Shown one piece after another: positions 38,569-49,876 of a stretch of 64,000 bases of DNA. The position numbers and the translations under genes are program-made. How positions within the stretch are numbered: position 1 is the stretch's first letter; each line of letters begins with the position of its first letter. Where the stretch lies: assembly GCA_964635635.1 (NCBI GenBank), contig CAZWPE010000006.1, positions 42,488 through 106,487 on the forward strand, in the 5' to 3' direction. The notes beneath the pieces are model-generated. The model made no database searches. It saw only the letters and a program-made list of their open reading frames with translations, and was not told the origin of the DNA. This stretch comes from an uncultured Myxococcaceae bacterium. GTDB lineage: Bacteria; Myxococcota; UBA727; JABDBI01.

Positions 38569-41337
38569 ATGGACCCAAAGTACGATGCACAGTCGGTAGA
38601 GACCAAATGGCAAAAAACATTTGATGCACCTGGTTTCTTTGCTCCTGAAAAGTCAGGCAAAGATCCTTATGTCATCATTATGCCCCCGCCCAATGTGACA
38701 GGCGTACTTCACAATGGCCACGCGCTTTTTATCACGCTTCAAGATATTTTAACCCGGTTTCATCGTCTCAAAGGACGCAAAACTTTATGGCTTCCAGGAA
38801 CAGACCATGCGGGGATTGCCACCCAAACTGTGGTCGAACGTGAACTTAAGAAATCTGAGGGTAAATCTCGTCATGAAATTGGGCGTGAAAGCTTTTTAAA
38901 GCGTACTTGGGATTACGTCACCCAAAATGGCTCAACGATTATCAGCCAAATGAAACACCTAGGCGCTTCCGCAGACTGGAGTCGTCAAAAGTTTACTTTG
39001 GATCCAGACTGCGCACACGCTGTTCGAGAAGCCTTTGTCCGTTTGTGGAACGAGGGGCTTATTTATCGCGGTGAGCGGCTGGTAAACTGGGACCCTGGCA
39101 CAGGAACAGCCCTCAGTGATGAAGAAGTCGAACACGTCACTCGCTCTGGCGAACTCTTCAAATTTGCCTACAAGCTCAAAGATTCTGATGAAGAAATCAT
39201 TGTAGCCACAACCCGGCCTGAAACCATGCTGGGAGATACTGCGATTGCTGTTCACCCAGATGATGAACGTTATAAGCACCTCCATGGCAAACACGTTCAT
39301 CACCCATTCTTCCCTGACCGCTCTATTCCTATCATTGCCGATACGATGGTAGATCCAACCTTTGGAACCGGCGCAGTTAAAATCACGCCTGCCCATGACC
39401 CAGCCGACTTTGCCACCGGCGAGCGTCACGGCCTTGAGCGCATCTCTATCTTCAACTTTTCTGCCCAAATCAACTCCAATGGTGGACCTTATGCTGGACT
39501 CTCACGTGCAGATGCCCGAAAACAGATCCGTTACGACTTAGAAGCCCTAGGGCTTACCCGAGGCGTAGAGCCTATTTCACACAACGTCAGCGTGTCTTCG
39601 CGCTCCGGTGAAGACATTGAGCCCATGCTCAGCAAACAGTACTTTGTTAAAACCCAAAGTATGGCCAGGGCCGCTTATGACGCCGTGGAGTCAGGTCAAA
39701 CACGGATTATCCCCGCAAGTTGGAAGAAAACTTACGACCACTTCATGCTGAACAACCAAGATTGGTGCATTTCGCGCCAACTCTGGTGGGGACATCGTAT
39801 CCCTGTTTTCTATGATCTAGAGAAACTCGCAGGCCGCGATATCAACACACTCTCTGACCAAGAAGTTCGGGATTTATCCATCGCCAGCACAGAAGACCTT
39901 ATAGCGAAATTTGGCTCTGAGAAATACGCCCAAGAAGAAGATGTCTTGGACACCTGGTTTTCCTCAGCTCTCTGGCCATTTTCAACTTTGGGTTGGCCAA
40001 ACCAAACTGAAGATCTGAAGATGTTTTACCCATCAGCAGTCCTTGAAACAGGCTTCGATATTCTGTTCTTCTGGGTTGCCCGCATGATGATGTTTGGCAT
40101 TCATTTCATGAAGCAGCCACCTTTCAAAGACATCTACCTGCACGCGATGGTTCGTGATGCGCACGGCAAAAAAATGTCTAAATCACTCGGCAACGCGATT
40201 GACCCGATTGATGTTGTGGATGGGATTTCTCTTGAGGCACTCTTAGAGAAAACTAAAACTTACCCCGTACCCGTCAAATTACTGCCTCAAGTGTTAGAAG
40301 GCCTTAAAAAAGACTACCCCGAAGGCATCCCCGCTTCAGGCGCAGATGGTCTGCGCTTAAGCCTTGCCATGCTTTCTGGCGGTGGTCGCGATGTCAAACT
40401 GGCTATCCCCAGAGTTTCTGGATACCGCGCATTTTTGAACAAGATCTGGAACGCAACTCGATTTGCATTAATGCGTTTGGGCGATGAACCAATCCCAGAG
40501 CTCTCCAAAGTGGACCTTCAACTTGAAGACAAGTATATCTTGTCGCGTCTTCAACAAGTTGTTCGAGAGACAGACCAAAAGATCTCAAACTATGAATTCG
40601 CAGCAGCATCCGAACTGATTTATCAGTTCTTCTGGACTGAACTGTGCGACTGGTACATTGAACTTGCCAAGCTGCGCATTGAACAGCCAGCCGTCCGCGC
40701 AACACTGGTTGAATTGCTTTCTGTCAGTGTTCGTTTGCTGCACCCATTCTGTCCTTTTGTCACCGAAGAAATCTGGGCCAATTTGCCTGGCCATAGTGGC
40801 TACTGCTCCTATGCTGAATTCCCAAGAGTAAACGAAGCCTTAATTGATATAAATGCAGAGCGTGATTTCGTTAAACTTCAAGATGTTGTTGTCATGCTGC
40901 GTAATGCCAAGCAAGAGTCCGGGATTCCTGCGCAGAAAAAACTGCCTGGCGTAATTTTAGGCGCTTCTCAAGCAGACCTTGATTTACTTGCACCTTACTC
41001 TGACGCCATCATGCGTTTGGCTTTGCTTGAGTCACTTGAACTACGCCTACGCAATGAAACAAAAACCCCTAAGCTTTCAGCCGTTAATTCCAATGCCAAC
41101 TATGATGCTGTGCTTGTATTAGAGGGCCTACTTGACCCTGAAGCTGAAAAGCAACGCCTTGCCAAAGAGCTCACCAAAGTGACCCAGGAAATGAGTGGAC
41201 TTGAAGGACGCCTGAACAACGCTGGCTTTGTGGCTAAAGCACCGCCAGAGGTGCTTGAGCAGCATCGCACCCAGCTTGAAGCACTGGTTCAAAAAAGAGA
41301 GCGGCTCGAGGCTAGTCTTACAAGACTCAATTCTTGA
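38569..41337 (+). CDS. valS: Valine--tRNA ligase
   Basis: PPPNVTGVLHNGH, DHAGIATQ, WCISRQLWWGHRIP, KMSKSLGN, C-terminal coiled coil. Confidence 0.98.
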   Translation: MDPKYDAQSVETKWQKTFDAPGFFAPEKSGKDPYVIIMPPPNVTGVLHNGHALFITLQDILTRFHRLKGRKTLWLPGTDHAGIATQTVVERELKKSEGKSRHEIGRESFLKRTWDYVTQNGSTIISQMKHLGASADWSRQKFTLDPDCAHAVREAFVRLWNEGLIYRGERLVNWDPGTGTALSDEEVEHVTRSGELFKFAYKLKDSDEEIIVATTRPETMLGDTAIAVHPDDERYKHLHGKHVHHPFFPDRSIPIIADTMVDPTFGTGAVKITPAHDPADFATGERHGLERISIFNFSAQINSNGGPYAGLSRADARKQIRYDLEALGLTRGVEPISHNVSVSSRSGEDIEPMLSKQYFVKTQSMARAAYDAVESGQTRIIPASWKKTYDHFMLNNQDWCISRQLWWGHRIPVFYDLEKLAGRDINTLSDQEVRDLSIASTEDLIAKFGSEKYAQEEDVLDTWFSSALWPFSTLGWPNQTEDLKMFYPSAVLETGFDILFFWVARMMMFGIHFMKQPPFKDIYLHAMVRDAHGKKMSKSLGNAIDPIDVVDGISLEALLEKTKTYPVPVKLLPQVLEGLKKDYPEGIPASGADGLRLSLAMLSGGGRDVKLAIPRVSGYRAFLNKIWNATRFALMRLGDEPIPELSKVDLQLEDKYILSRLQQVVRETDQKISNYEFAAASELIYQFFWTELCDWYIELAKLRIEQPAVRATLVELLSVSVRLLHPFCPFVTEEIWANLPGHSGYCSYAEFPRVNEALIDINAERDFVKLQDVVVMLRNAKQESGIPAQKKLPGVILGASQADLDLLAPYSDAIMRLALLESLELRLRNETKTPKLSAVNSNANYDAVLVLEGLLDPEAEKQRLAKELTKVTQEMSGLEGRLNNAGFVAKAPPEVLEQHRTQLEALVQKRERLEASLTRLNS

Positions 41338-41379
41338 GAAGAGCTGGAATAGAGCTTTCTGTTCTTCGGTTCAACGAAA

Positions 41380-41835
41380 ATGAAGTTCTCAATATTTTGT
41401 TCATCTCTTCTAATACTCTTCACTCAAGCCATCCATGCTACTGGCAACCAAGAAGAAGAAGGACAGGAGACTTCTCCTCTGGCAAAACCACTGGAACGTC
41501 AGGGGAAATTTCATCTTCCACAAAAGAAGTCTGAGCAGAACAATCTTCCACCGCGCAAATGGAGCATGGAAATGTTTACGTCACATGAGGGTTCACCCAC
41601 TTCACCCGAGGAACCCAATTGGAGGCGTATTCATGAACCTCTTTTAGATGCAGTCAAATCTGGCGAGCATGCTGTTTCCGCGCTAGCGATTCAGTATAAA
41701 ACCCGAATCATTGTGAATAAAAACATAGAGGGTGATTTCTTCCCACTATTTAAGGCCCAGCCAGAAGGCGTGAAAAGACTTGTTTTTTTGATCATCTGTA
41801 GTACTGGGGCAACGTCGTGGAGCTTTACCGAATGA
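41380..41835 (+). CDS. Hypothetical secreted protein, Ser/Pro/Glu-rich N-half
   Basis: Signal peptide …QAIHA|TG; stop overlaps the pepA start. Confidence 0.5.
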   Translation: MKFSIFCSSLLILFTQAIHATGNQEEEGQETSPLAKPLERQGKFHLPQKKSEQNNLPPRKWSMEMFTSHEGSPTSPEEPNWRRIHEPLLDAVKSGEHAVSALAIQYKTRIIVNKNIEGDFFPLFKAQPEGVKRLVFLIICSTGATSWSFTE

Positions 41836-43277
41836 AACTTAGCACATCACTTTCTAAAAACACACAATCCGATAAACTCGATCTCTTAGTGTATGCCGTT
41901 CATGATGCCAAAGACGCTCACGAACTTCTAAAAGGCCAAATCGAAAAAAAAGCCAAAGCTGAAGGCTTCAAAGGCAAGCCTGGTGAAGCTTTTTTCACAC
42001 ACACTTTTAGCGAGAAAGGCCCACAAGCAATTGCGCTAATTGGTCTTGGTGAAAAAGCAAAAACCACTCAAGATTCCTATCGCCGAGCAGCCGCAAGTGC
42101 TTACAAGCTCTCAAATGCCAAGAAATTTGCCAAAGTCGGCTTTCATGCTGAAGGCAAACACTGGGTTAAATCGGCCGCTGAAGGCTCCGTTCTGGCCTCC
42201 TACAAATTCGATCGACACATCAGCGAAAAAGATGAGCGCTCAGTCAAAGAGTTTTGTTTTTATACAGACGACAAAGATGCCAAAGACAGCATTAAGCAGG
42301 CAGAAATCATTGCGCATGCAGTTTGCCTCGCCCGCGATTTAATCAACGAAGGCCCCACAGTGATGAACCCAGAAGGGGTAGCCAAAGCAGCAAAACATGA
42401 AGCAAAAGCACATGGTCTTGATTGCACTGTCCTGGACGAAAAGGCTCTGGAAAAAGAACGCTTCGGCCTACTTCTAGCTGTTGGCAGAGGCTCAAGTGAT
42501 TTTGCCCCGCCGCGCGTGATTCGCTTGGCTTACAGGCCTAAGAAAAAAGCTAAAAAACATATTTGCATTGTGGGCAAGGGTGTCACCTTTGACTCAGGCG
42601 GTTTAGATATTAAGCCTTCAGATGGCATGCTTCATATGAAGACAGATATGTCCGGCGCAGCAAATGTGGTGGCCATTATGTCCGCCATTGCTCAACTAAA
42701 GCCAGATATTGCTGTGACGGGTTATATGGGCTGTGTTGAAAATGGCGTGGATTCGAAGTCCTATCACCCCGGTGACATCATCAAGTCTCGCAAAGGTCTC
42801 AACGTTGAAATTAACAACACAGATGCTGAAGGACGCTTGGTGCTAGCAGATGTGCTGGACTATGCTCAGGAAAAAGATAAGCCAGATACAATTATTGATA
42901 TGGCTACTTTGACCGGAGCCTGCATGGTGGCCCTTGGACCCAATACCGCAGGTCTTTTTTCAAACCACGATGCATTGGCCAATAAGGTTATGGCCGGCGT
43001 GAAAGATACAGGAGAGCAATTCTGGCGCCTGCCATTGCAAGATGATTTGTTTGACCAACTCAAAACCCCTATTGCAGATATGAAAAATACGGGTGAAAGG
43101 TACGGAGGTGCCATTACGGCCGCTCTCTTCCTGCAAAAGTTTATTGAATCTGGTGTTCATTGGGCACATTTAGACATTGCAGGACCTGCCCGAAATGAGA
43201 AAGACCAGCCCTACATAGGGGTTGGAGGTTCAGGCTTCGGGGTGAGGACCATGATAGAGCTGCTGATGGCCGAATAG
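41832..43277 (+). CDS. pepA: Leucyl aminopeptidase (M17)
   Basis: [38 protein letters not shown]. Confidence 0.96.
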   Translation: MKLSTSLSKNTQSDKLDLLVYAVHDAKDAHELLKGQIEKKAKAEGFKGKPGEAFFTHTFSEKGPQAIALIGLGEKAKTTQDSYRRAAASAYKLSNAKKFAKVGFHAEGKHWVKSAAEGSVLASYKFDRHISEKDERSVKEFCFYTDDKDAKDSIKQAEIIAHAVCLARDLINEGPTVMNPEGVAKAAKHEAKAHGLDCTVLDEKALEKERFGLLLAVGRGSSDFAPPRVIRLAYRPKKKAKKHICIVGKGVTFDSGGLDIKPSDGMLHMKTDMSGAANVVAIMSAIAQLKPDIAVTGYMGCVENGVDSKSYHPGDIIKSRKGLNVEINNTDAEGRLVLADVLDYAQEKDKPDTIIDMATLTGACMVALGPNTAGLFSNHDALANKVMAGVKDTGEQFWRLPLQDDLFDQLKTPIADMKNTGERYGGAITAALFLQKFIESGVHWAHLDIAGPARNEKDQPYIGVGGSGFGVRTMIELLMAE

Positions 43278-43290
43278 GAGCCATTCGTTC

Positions 43291-44646
43291 ATGAACGAAC
43301 CACGACGTAGACATCGTCCAAATCACCACAATCGCGAAAGACATCCCGGACCTTCGGCTCCGGTTGTTTTGCCCGAGATTAATCCTGAAGTCGAGACGAT
43401 GGATTTGTCTCAACTAAAACATGCCAAGATTGAAGAACTTCAATCCCGGGCCTCTGCTCTTGCTGTCGATTTTGACGCTTTGCTCAGAAAGCAAGATATG
43501 GTTTTCGCTTTGCTCAAGTGGCAAGCAGAACGCCAGGGCGCGATTTTTGGCGAAGGAACTCTGGAGACCTTCCCTGAAGGGTATGGTTTCTTGCGTGAGC
43601 CAGCTTATAACTACGAGCCTTCGGCGGATGATATTTACGTCGCTCCATCGCAGATTCGTGCTTACAGTCTACGCCAAGGCGATACGGTTCGAGGACAAAT
43701 TCGTCCGCCAGGCGAAAAAGAGCGTTACTACTCTTTGCTGAAGCTTGAGACCATCAATGGTATTACTCATGCTGAGCACCGAAACAAAGTCTCATTTGAC
43801 AACTTGACCCCGCTCTACCCAAACCAGCGGTTCAAGCTCGAAAATGTTCCAACCAACTACTCAACCCGTATTATTGACTTGTTTTGCCCCATCGGTAAGG
43901 GGCAGCGTGCTTTGGTGGTTGCGCCTCCAAGGGCCGGTAAAACCGTTTTAATGCAAGAAATTGCGAATGCGATTACCACCAATCATCCAGAAGTAACCTT
44001 GTTGGTTCTTCTGATTGATGAGCGGCCCGAAGAAGTGACAGATATGCGTCGCCACATTAAGGGTGAAGTTGTCGCCTCAACCTTTGATGAGCCCGCTCAG
44101 CGTCACGTCCAAGTGGCCGAAATGGTCATTGAAAAGGCCAAGCGCCTGGTTGAAATGAAAAAAGACGTCGTGATTTTGCTCGACAACATCACCCGTTTGG
44201 GTCGTGCATATAACACGGTCGTCCCAGCTTCTGGCAAAATTTTGTCTGGTGGTGTGGACTCGAATGCCCTTCACAAACCAAAGCGCTTTTTTGGTGCTGC
44301 TCGTAATGTTGAAGAGGGTGGTTCGCTGACCATCATTAGTACCGCGCTGATCGATACGGGAAGCCGTATGGATGAAGTGATCTTCGAAGAGTTCAAAGGA
44401 ACCGGTAACGCTGAAATCGTTCTGGACCGTAAACTCATGGAGAAGCGAATCTTCCCATGTATGGACATTAATAAGTCCGGTACACGTAAAGAAGAGTTCT
44501 TGCTCGATAAAGATGTGATCAATCGTGTCTGGGTACTTAGACAACTGCTGCACCCATTAAACGTAATTGATTCAATGGAATTCTTGCTGAGCCGCATGAA
44601 AGGCACCAAGAGCAACGCTGAATTTATTGCCTCCATGAGTAATTAA
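43291..44646 (+). CDS. rho: Transcription termination factor Rho
   Basis: [44 protein letters not shown]. Confidence 0.98.
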   Translation: MNEPRRRHRPNHHNRERHPGPSAPVVLPEINPEVETMDLSQLKHAKIEELQSRASALAVDFDALLRKQDMVFALLKWQAERQGAIFGEGTLETFPEGYGFLREPAYNYEPSADDIYVAPSQIRAYSLRQGDTVRGQIRPPGEKERYYSLLKLETINGITHAEHRNKVSFDNLTPLYPNQRFKLENVPTNYSTRIIDLFCPIGKGQRALVVAPPRAGKTVLMQEIANAITTNHPEVTLLVLLIDERPEEVTDMRRHIKGEVVASTFDEPAQRHVQVAEMVIEKAKRLVEMKKDVVILLDNITRLGRAYNTVVPASGKILSGGVDSNALHKPKRFFGAARNVEEGGSLTIISTALIDTGSRMDEVIFEEFKGTGNAEIVLDRKLMEKRIFPCMDINKSGTRKEEFLLDKDVINRVWVLRQLLHPLNVIDSMEFLLSRMKGTKSNAEFIASMSN

Positions 44647-44656
44647 AACCCTGCAA

Positions 44657-44677
44657 CCCTCTCCCCCTGGGAGAGGG
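44657..44677. repeat. Short CCCTCTCC-family hairpin after rho
   Basis: ccctctccccctgggagaggg. Confidence 0.75.
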
Positions 44678-44686
44678 CTAACCACT

Positions 44687-45439
44687 ATGAAAAAACTACC
44701 CCCAGCAGAAACCGCCATTGTTTTAGGCTCCGGCCTTGGAAGCTTTGCAGACCGTTTGTCTAACAAACAAACGCTTTCTTACCGTGAAATTCAAGACTTT
44801 CCTGTGCCCACCGTAGATGGTCATGCAGGGCAGTTTGTTCATGGTTTTCTGGGTGAAAAGCCAGTACTTTTAATGCAAGGGCGTGTGCACCGTTATGAGG
44901 GCTACTCGCCTCAGCAGGTGATTTTTCCGATTCGGCTAATGCATAGCTGGGGCGTTAAAAATCTTATCGTTACGAACGTCTCTGGCGGCATTAACACAAA
45001 CTATCAGGTGGGTGATTTGATGTTAATCACTGACCACCTTAACTTAACAGGCGATAACCCTCTCGTGGGACCTAATGACTCCAAACTAGGCCCAAGATTT
45101 CCAGACATGACCGAAGCCTACTCTAAGACATGGTGTGAGAAGGCGAAGAAAGCTGACTTAGCTCTTAAAGAAGGTGTCTATGCAGGAGTTTTGGGCCCTT
45201 GCTACGAAACCCCCGCAGAGATTCGAATGCTGCGGACTCTGGGAGCCGATGCCGTTGGCATGAGCACTGTCTACGAGGTTATTGCTGCACGCCATATGGG
45301 GATGCAGGTTCTTGGTGTTTCTTGTATTGCTAATATGGCTTCTGGCTTAAGCAAAACAAAGCTCTCACACGAAGAAGTCACTCAGGCAGGTTTAGACGCT
45401 TCTCAACGCCTTGGAGATTTGCTAGAACAAATTGTTTGA
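44687..45439 (+). CDS. punA: Purine-nucleoside phosphorylase (trimeric type)
   Basis: VLGSGLG, GRVHRYEG, GPCYETPAE, GADAVGMSTV, HEEV. Confidence 0.95.
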   Translation: MKKLPPAETAIVLGSGLGSFADRLSNKQTLSYREIQDFPVPTVDGHAGQFVHGFLGEKPVLLMQGRVHRYEGYSPQQVIFPIRLMHSWGVKNLIVTNVSGGINTNYQVGDLMLITDHLNLTGDNPLVGPNDSKLGPRFPDMTEAYSKTWCEKAKKADLALKEGVYAGVLGPCYETPAEIRMLRTLGADAVGMSTVYEVIAARHMGMQVLGVSCIANMASGLSKTKLSHEEVTQAGLDASQRLGDLLEQIV

Positions 45440-45445
45440 GAAAAA

Positions 45446-46210
45446 ATGAGGTCGATATTTTTAAGCTGCGCTATTTTAATTTTGTTAAGCGCCTGTGGAT
45501 CTCCCGTAAAATCTGAAGCTGTGGCTTACGTGACCCTGTCTGGGAGCGCCAGCATACAGGATGAGATCAAAATACGCTTAATCGACTCCGTCACTTCAAC
45601 CTGTGCATTTACAACGGATTCTGGGACAGCCAATACTGCCAACACCAAAGTCCAAATCGTGACAGGCGCCTCACCCAGTTTGAATTCTTGTGCCAATAAA
45701 AACGCCTGTATCTTGTGTACCACAGCCGCATCAGGCAGCAATTGCAGCATTGCTTGTACCGGTACCATCCCGTCCAATACCGCCACCGCTGCAGACACTT
45801 TTAACATTTATGTAACCCACACAGCGACAATTACTTCGGCCGTGCCAAACACACTGACAGGTGTTGTTCGAACCGACGGCAGTATCACTAATTGGAGTGA
45901 GTTCGCCTTCAATGGCCAGCCATCTGCACCACTCTACTCGAGCAACATGACCCAGTGCACAGCGCCGTACATGACCTTTAATACCAATAATACTTTGGGG
46001 ATTGCTCAAACCAGTGCCAGCAGTTTCAATCTCAATGGACGCTTGACGGGGGCTGGTTCCGGTGGAACCGCAGGAACTTGTACTTTTAGCTATTCTTTTA
46101 GAGCCACTATGGGCTTTACTGGAGCCGCAACACCTGGGACTGCGATCAATTTAAGCCGTGGCAGTTTGAATATGACTACCAAAATCTGTGAGACATCCTT
46201 AGGCTGTTAA
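45446..46210 (+). CDS. Cys-rich, Ser/Thr-rich lipoprotein A
   Basis: Lipobox LSA-C; 10 further Cys; paralog of 46207..47094. Confidence 0.75.
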   Translation: MRSIFLSCAILILLSACGSPVKSEAVAYVTLSGSASIQDEIKIRLIDSVTSTCAFTTDSGTANTANTKVQIVTGASPSLNSCANKNACILCTTAASGSNCSIACTGTIPSNTATAADTFNIYVTHTATITSAVPNTLTGVVRTDGSITNWSEFAFNGQPSAPLYSSNMTQCTAPYMTFNTNNTLGIAQTSASSFNLNGRLTGAGSGGTAGTCTFSYSFRATMGFTGAATPGTAINLSRGSLNMTTKICETSLGC

Positions 46211-47094
46211 GTACACGTAGCTGAACTTTGCACGTTGCAAATCTTGCTCGTTAGACTGATACTACCACGCGTCAAACTCACTGTAGCTCCTGGGGTAGCT
46301 GCTCCTGTCAGAGGCATGCTGGCCTTGAATTGGTGACTGAGGGTACAAGTCCCATTACCAACACTCAAGATTGCAGGATCCTGAATAAAAGATGTCGCAC
46401 CCGAGGTAGCAATACTTAAAGCATCTCCAACAGCCCCTGAGCCCGTATAAGCCGACAAGCTAGAACCTCCGTCTTTGCATCCTGAGTAAACAGCACTGGC
46501 TGCGTTGTAAGTAGGACTGTTTGTTTGGCCATTAAAAGCAAACTCGCTCCAGCTCGAAATCGAACCTGACACTCGAAGCATACCACCAACATATCCCATA
46601 TTTGTGGTCAAGGTTGAGGTATAGGTCACATAAACATTAAACGAATCACTCGCAGTTGCCGAGTTTGATGGAATTGTCCCAGTGCAAGCAATGCTACAGT
46701 TGTTTCCAGAAGTCGCTGTGGTGCACAAAATACACGCATTTCTATTAGTGCATGAACTGGCACTTGGCGCTGCACCGGTTACTATCTGGATACCCGTGCT
46801 TGAAGTGTTCACGGTTCCAGAATCTGTTGTGAATGCACAAGAGATCGATACACTGTCATTCACACTGGTGGCATTTCCTGAACCCGCCCCTGAAGCAGCA
46901 GAAGTTCCACTGGCATCATAATATTGGGCTCTGACAGCAGCAGCTAGAGCCTCACCACGGCCACTCATTTTAACAGTTGCAGAAGCCTCAGATCCTGAAG
47001 AATCAGAGTCTGAGATCTGTTTTTCGGGGCAACACCCAGAAAACATCAATAGAGCTAAGCAGTTAATACAGAATGTATTTATTCTAATGCACAT
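46207..47094 (-). CDS. Cys-rich, Ser/Thr-rich lipoprotein B (convergent paralog)
   Basis: Lipobox FSG-C; shares CAFTTDSGT, NACILCTTA.SG.NCSIACTGTIPSN, WSEFAFNGQ and TGAATPG with A. Confidence 0.75.
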   Translation of the reverse strand: MCIRINTFCINCLALLMFSGCCPEKQISDSDSSGSEASATVKMSGRGEALAAAVRAQYYDASGTSAASGAGSGNATSVNDSVSISCAFTTDSGTVNTSSTGIQIVTGAAPSASSCTNRNACILCTTATSGNNCSIACTGTIPSNSATASDSFNVYVTYTSTLTTNMGYVGGMLRVSGSISSWSEFAFNGQTNSPTYNAASAVYSGCKDGGSSLSAYTGSGAVGDALSIATSGATSFIQDPAILSVGNGTCTLSHQFKASMPLTGAATPGATVSLTRGSISLTSKICNVQSSATCT

Positions 47095-47159
47095 TATAAA
47101 TAATATAAGTAAAACCGCTTACCTATTGCAAGTGAACTCACCGATTATTACATATTCAT

Positions 47160-47777
47160 GTGAATAATTTGAAGCATCTAAGCATATTGGGACTGGTTGT
47201 TGTCCTTGGTTGTTCGGGGGGGAGCGAAGCTATTTCGAGCACAGCGCACTCTTTCCAAAGCCTCGAGGTTTCTGACCTTGCCACCGAGCTCAAGGGTGCT
47301 CTTGAAATCCCACCTCAGATGGTTCTGGAATCTCAGGCTACGGATCAACTTTTCCTTGCCTCAGAGTTGTCCGACCGCCCAATAAGTACATTGGAAGCTG
47401 ATCTGAAGGTGAATTATGGGGGTCTTATTGGAAGCTTGGAGGAATCCGGTGTGCTTATCCGCTATTGCGAGGACTCTGCTAGTGCTCTTTGCGACTCATC
47501 TTATCAATTGATATTCTGGGACCCCGCCCTCAAAGGCATTCGGGTCAAACTCAGCGGAGCTAATCCCTCGAAACTCCGTGGTTTTTTTGAATTAATCCCC
47601 CTTGCCCGCTTACCAAAACATTTTGATTCTTCGGCTTCATCTGTCGGCACGGGATCTGGCTCTGGAGAATCACTGGTTACAACGATAGCAACAAGCGTTG
47701 CAACAGGTTCCGAATCTCTGGAGGGCTTAGTAGTTGGGAAACCACTTCGTATTCAGGTTGAGATTTTGTTGCCTTGA
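47160..47777 (+). CDS. Hypothetical lipoprotein
   Basis: Lipobox VLG-C; Cys pair YCEDSASALC; Ser/Gly/Thr-rich tail. Confidence 0.6.
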   Translation: MNNLKHLSILGLVVVLGCSGGSEAISSTAHSFQSLEVSDLATELKGALEIPPQMVLESQATDQLFLASELSDRPISTLEADLKVNYGGLIGSLEESGVLIRYCEDSASALCDSSYQLIFWDPALKGIRVKLSGANPSKLRGFFELIPLARLPKHFDSSASSVGTGSGSGESLVTTIATSVATGSESLEGLVVGKPLRIQVEILLP

Positions 47778-47876
47778 GACTTGATTTGGACCAGTGGCTC
47801 TTGAGGTTTCGAGGGTATGAATGCTCTAAGCACTCCATATGCTGCTAAAGCAATAATCCCAAGCACAATAACTAAC

Positions 47877-49613
47877 TCAGTATCCAAGAGCGCTCCCTGC
47901 TTGGAACACTAGAAATGAAGCCAGCCAGGCCACAAAGGTCATAGAACCTAGCTGCAACAATGGCCAACGCCAGGTGCCAGTTTCTCGCCGCATCACAACA
48001 AGGGTACTGGTGCACTGCATGGCAAGCGCAAAGAAAACAAGCAGCGACAGAGCCTGCAACGGCGAGTAACTTAAGACCCAATCTTTGTCCGCGCCATGTA
48101 TAATACCCAGGGTTGAGACCATCACCTCACGTGCGCTGAAGCTTGCCAAAAGACCAATCCCAATTTTCCAATCAAACCCCAGCGGGGCTATCACTGGCTC
48201 TAGCAATTTGCCTAGCAAACCTGCGTAGCTATTCTCAATCTCAGCCCCTCTAGGGAAATGGAACAAAGCCCACATCAAAATACTCATGCATAGAATCAAT
48301 GTTCCAGCTTGTTTCAAAAAAGAAGCCACTTGCCGGCCAACACTCTGGGCCAAAAGCCAAACTCTTGGGACTCTGTAGCTTGGCAATTCTAAGATCAACT
48401 CATCCGCCACAGCATGAAACCAAAATCGTTTTAATAAATACCCAAAACATAACGCCATCAATAGCCCAAGGACATACAGTCCAAGCATCACGCTGGCGCC
48501 AACCCATGGACTAAAAAATGCAGCTGTCAATAGTGCATACAATGGAAGTCTTGCTGAGCAAGACAAAAAGGGTATCACCAGCATAGCAATCAATCGACCA
48601 TGCTTCGAGCGGATAACTCGCGTCGACATAATGGCAGGAATCGCACAAGCATAGCCTGACATCAGCGGCACAAATGCCCTGCCTGACAAGCCAGCCTTTG
48701 ACATCATGCGATCCAGCAAAAAGGTTGCCCGGGCCAAGTAACCACTTTGCTCCAAAATACCAAGCAACAAAAATAAAAGCCCAATCAAAGGAACAAAAGC
48801 CACGAGCGTCCCAACTCCAGCAATAATACCGTCTACAGCAAGAGAGCCTATCAGAGGATAACCCTCGAACATCAACAAGAGCTGACCACCAAAAACATCA
48901 AACGTCGCTTCAAGGTAATCGGCGATAGGTTTTCCTACCCCGAATAATATCGCAAAAAGGGCACCGAAAATAAACAGCATCGAAACACTGCCTAAAATAG
49001 GATGTAGAAAGATGCTGTCCCAATCGAATCTGCGCACAGGCTTGGTTTCGGTAACACCGTCAATTAATGCGTCAATCCGAGTATAAATAGCAGCCGGATC
49101 TCCCTCTGCAGAAACCTCTCCCCCGACTCCTTTCCACCCTGTAGAGAGGGGGAAATTAAGTTCAAGCTCTTGAAGTCCTTCGCCTGTTTTGGCTGAAACA
49201 GGGATGACGGTTAGAGCCAATCTCTGGGCCAAAGACTGAGCATCAATGCTCATCCCAAGCTCATGGGCTAAATCGATTTGAGTCAACGCAACGAGCGGCT
49301 TATATCCAGCATCGATTAATTCCAGAAGTAAGTACAGATTTCGTCTTAATTGGCTCGCGTCAAGGACAAACAGGAGCGCCCCAGAACTAAGCAAATCAAG
49401 CGTTAACTGCTCCTCTTCAGAGTAAGGAGTCAGACTATACAAACCCGGCAAGTCCACAAGCTCGATCACACGGCCATCAGGAAGCGTGTAATCTGTTTCC
49501 TGTTTTTCAATCGTCACCCCTGCATGGTTTGCAATCTGGGCATGCATGCCAGTCAAAGCATGAAAGAGTGAGCTTTTCCCAGAATTTGGATTTCCAACCA
49601 GCAAGATGCGCAT
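47877..49613 (-). CDS. feoB: Ferrous iron transporter B
   Basis: GNPNSGKS, GVTIE, DLPGLYSL; membrane region with CAIPA, CSARLP, PLGFDW. Confidence 0.95.
   Translation of the reverse strand: MRILLVGNPNSGKSSLFHALTGMHAQIANHAGVTIEKQETDYTLPDGRVIELVDLPGLYSLTPYSEEEQLTLDLLSSGALLFVLDASQLRRNLYLLLELIDAGYKPLVALTQIDLAHELGMSIDAQSLAQRLALTVIPVSAKTGEGLQELELNFPLSTGWKGVGGEVSAEGDPAAIYTRIDALIDGVTETKPVRRFDWDSIFLHPILGSVSMLFIFGALFAILFGVGKPIADYLEATFDVFGGQLLLMFEGYPLIGSLAVDGIIAGVGTLVAFVPLIGLLFLLLGILEQSGYLARATFLLDRMMSKAGLSGRAFVPLMSGYACAIPAIMSTRVIRSKHGRLIAMLVIPFLSCSARLPLYALLTAAFFSPWVGASVMLGLYVLGLLMALCFGYLLKRFWFHAVADELILELPSYRVPRVWLLAQSVGRQVASFLKQAGTLILCMSILMWALFHFPRGAEIENSYAGLLGKLLEPVIAPLGFDWKIGIGLLASFSAREVMVSTLGIIHGADKDWVLSYSPLQALSLLVFFALAMQCTSTLVVMRRETGTWRWPLLQLGSMTFVAWLASFLVFQAGSALGY
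49111..49157. repeat. Degenerate CCCTCTCC-family repeat in frame within feoB
   Basis: gaaacctctcccccgactcctttccaccctgtagagaggggg resembles 59924-59969; reads NFPLSTGWKGVGGEVS. Confidence 0.6.
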
Positions 49614-49825
49614 CAGACAATCACCTCAAAAAGTTTGGCATCCTCAGCCCTGATCGCAATTTTAGTTCCACTGACCCAAAATAGAAGGGGGGTTCCCAAA
49701 AATCCTCTTTGAATCAGTTTAACTTCTGCGCCCACGACGAAACCCAGCTCTTCAAGCCGTTTAAGATTTTGCGGCGTTTTAACAAGCCTGGCTGTCTGGC
49801 CAGGCTCAAGTTGATCAAGGCGCAT
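49613..49825 (-). CDS. feoA: Ferrous iron transport protein A
   Basis: RLEELGFVVGAEV…LGTPL…IAIRAEDA. Confidence 0.9.
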   Translation of the reverse strand: MRLDQLEPGQTARLVKTPQNLKRLEELGFVVGAEVKLIQRGFLGTPLLFWVSGTKIAIRAEDAKLFEVIV

Positions 49826-49876
49826 GAAAGGAAACCTCTAACAGGTCTCCCATAAATGTTCTAGACTGCTTGGCAA

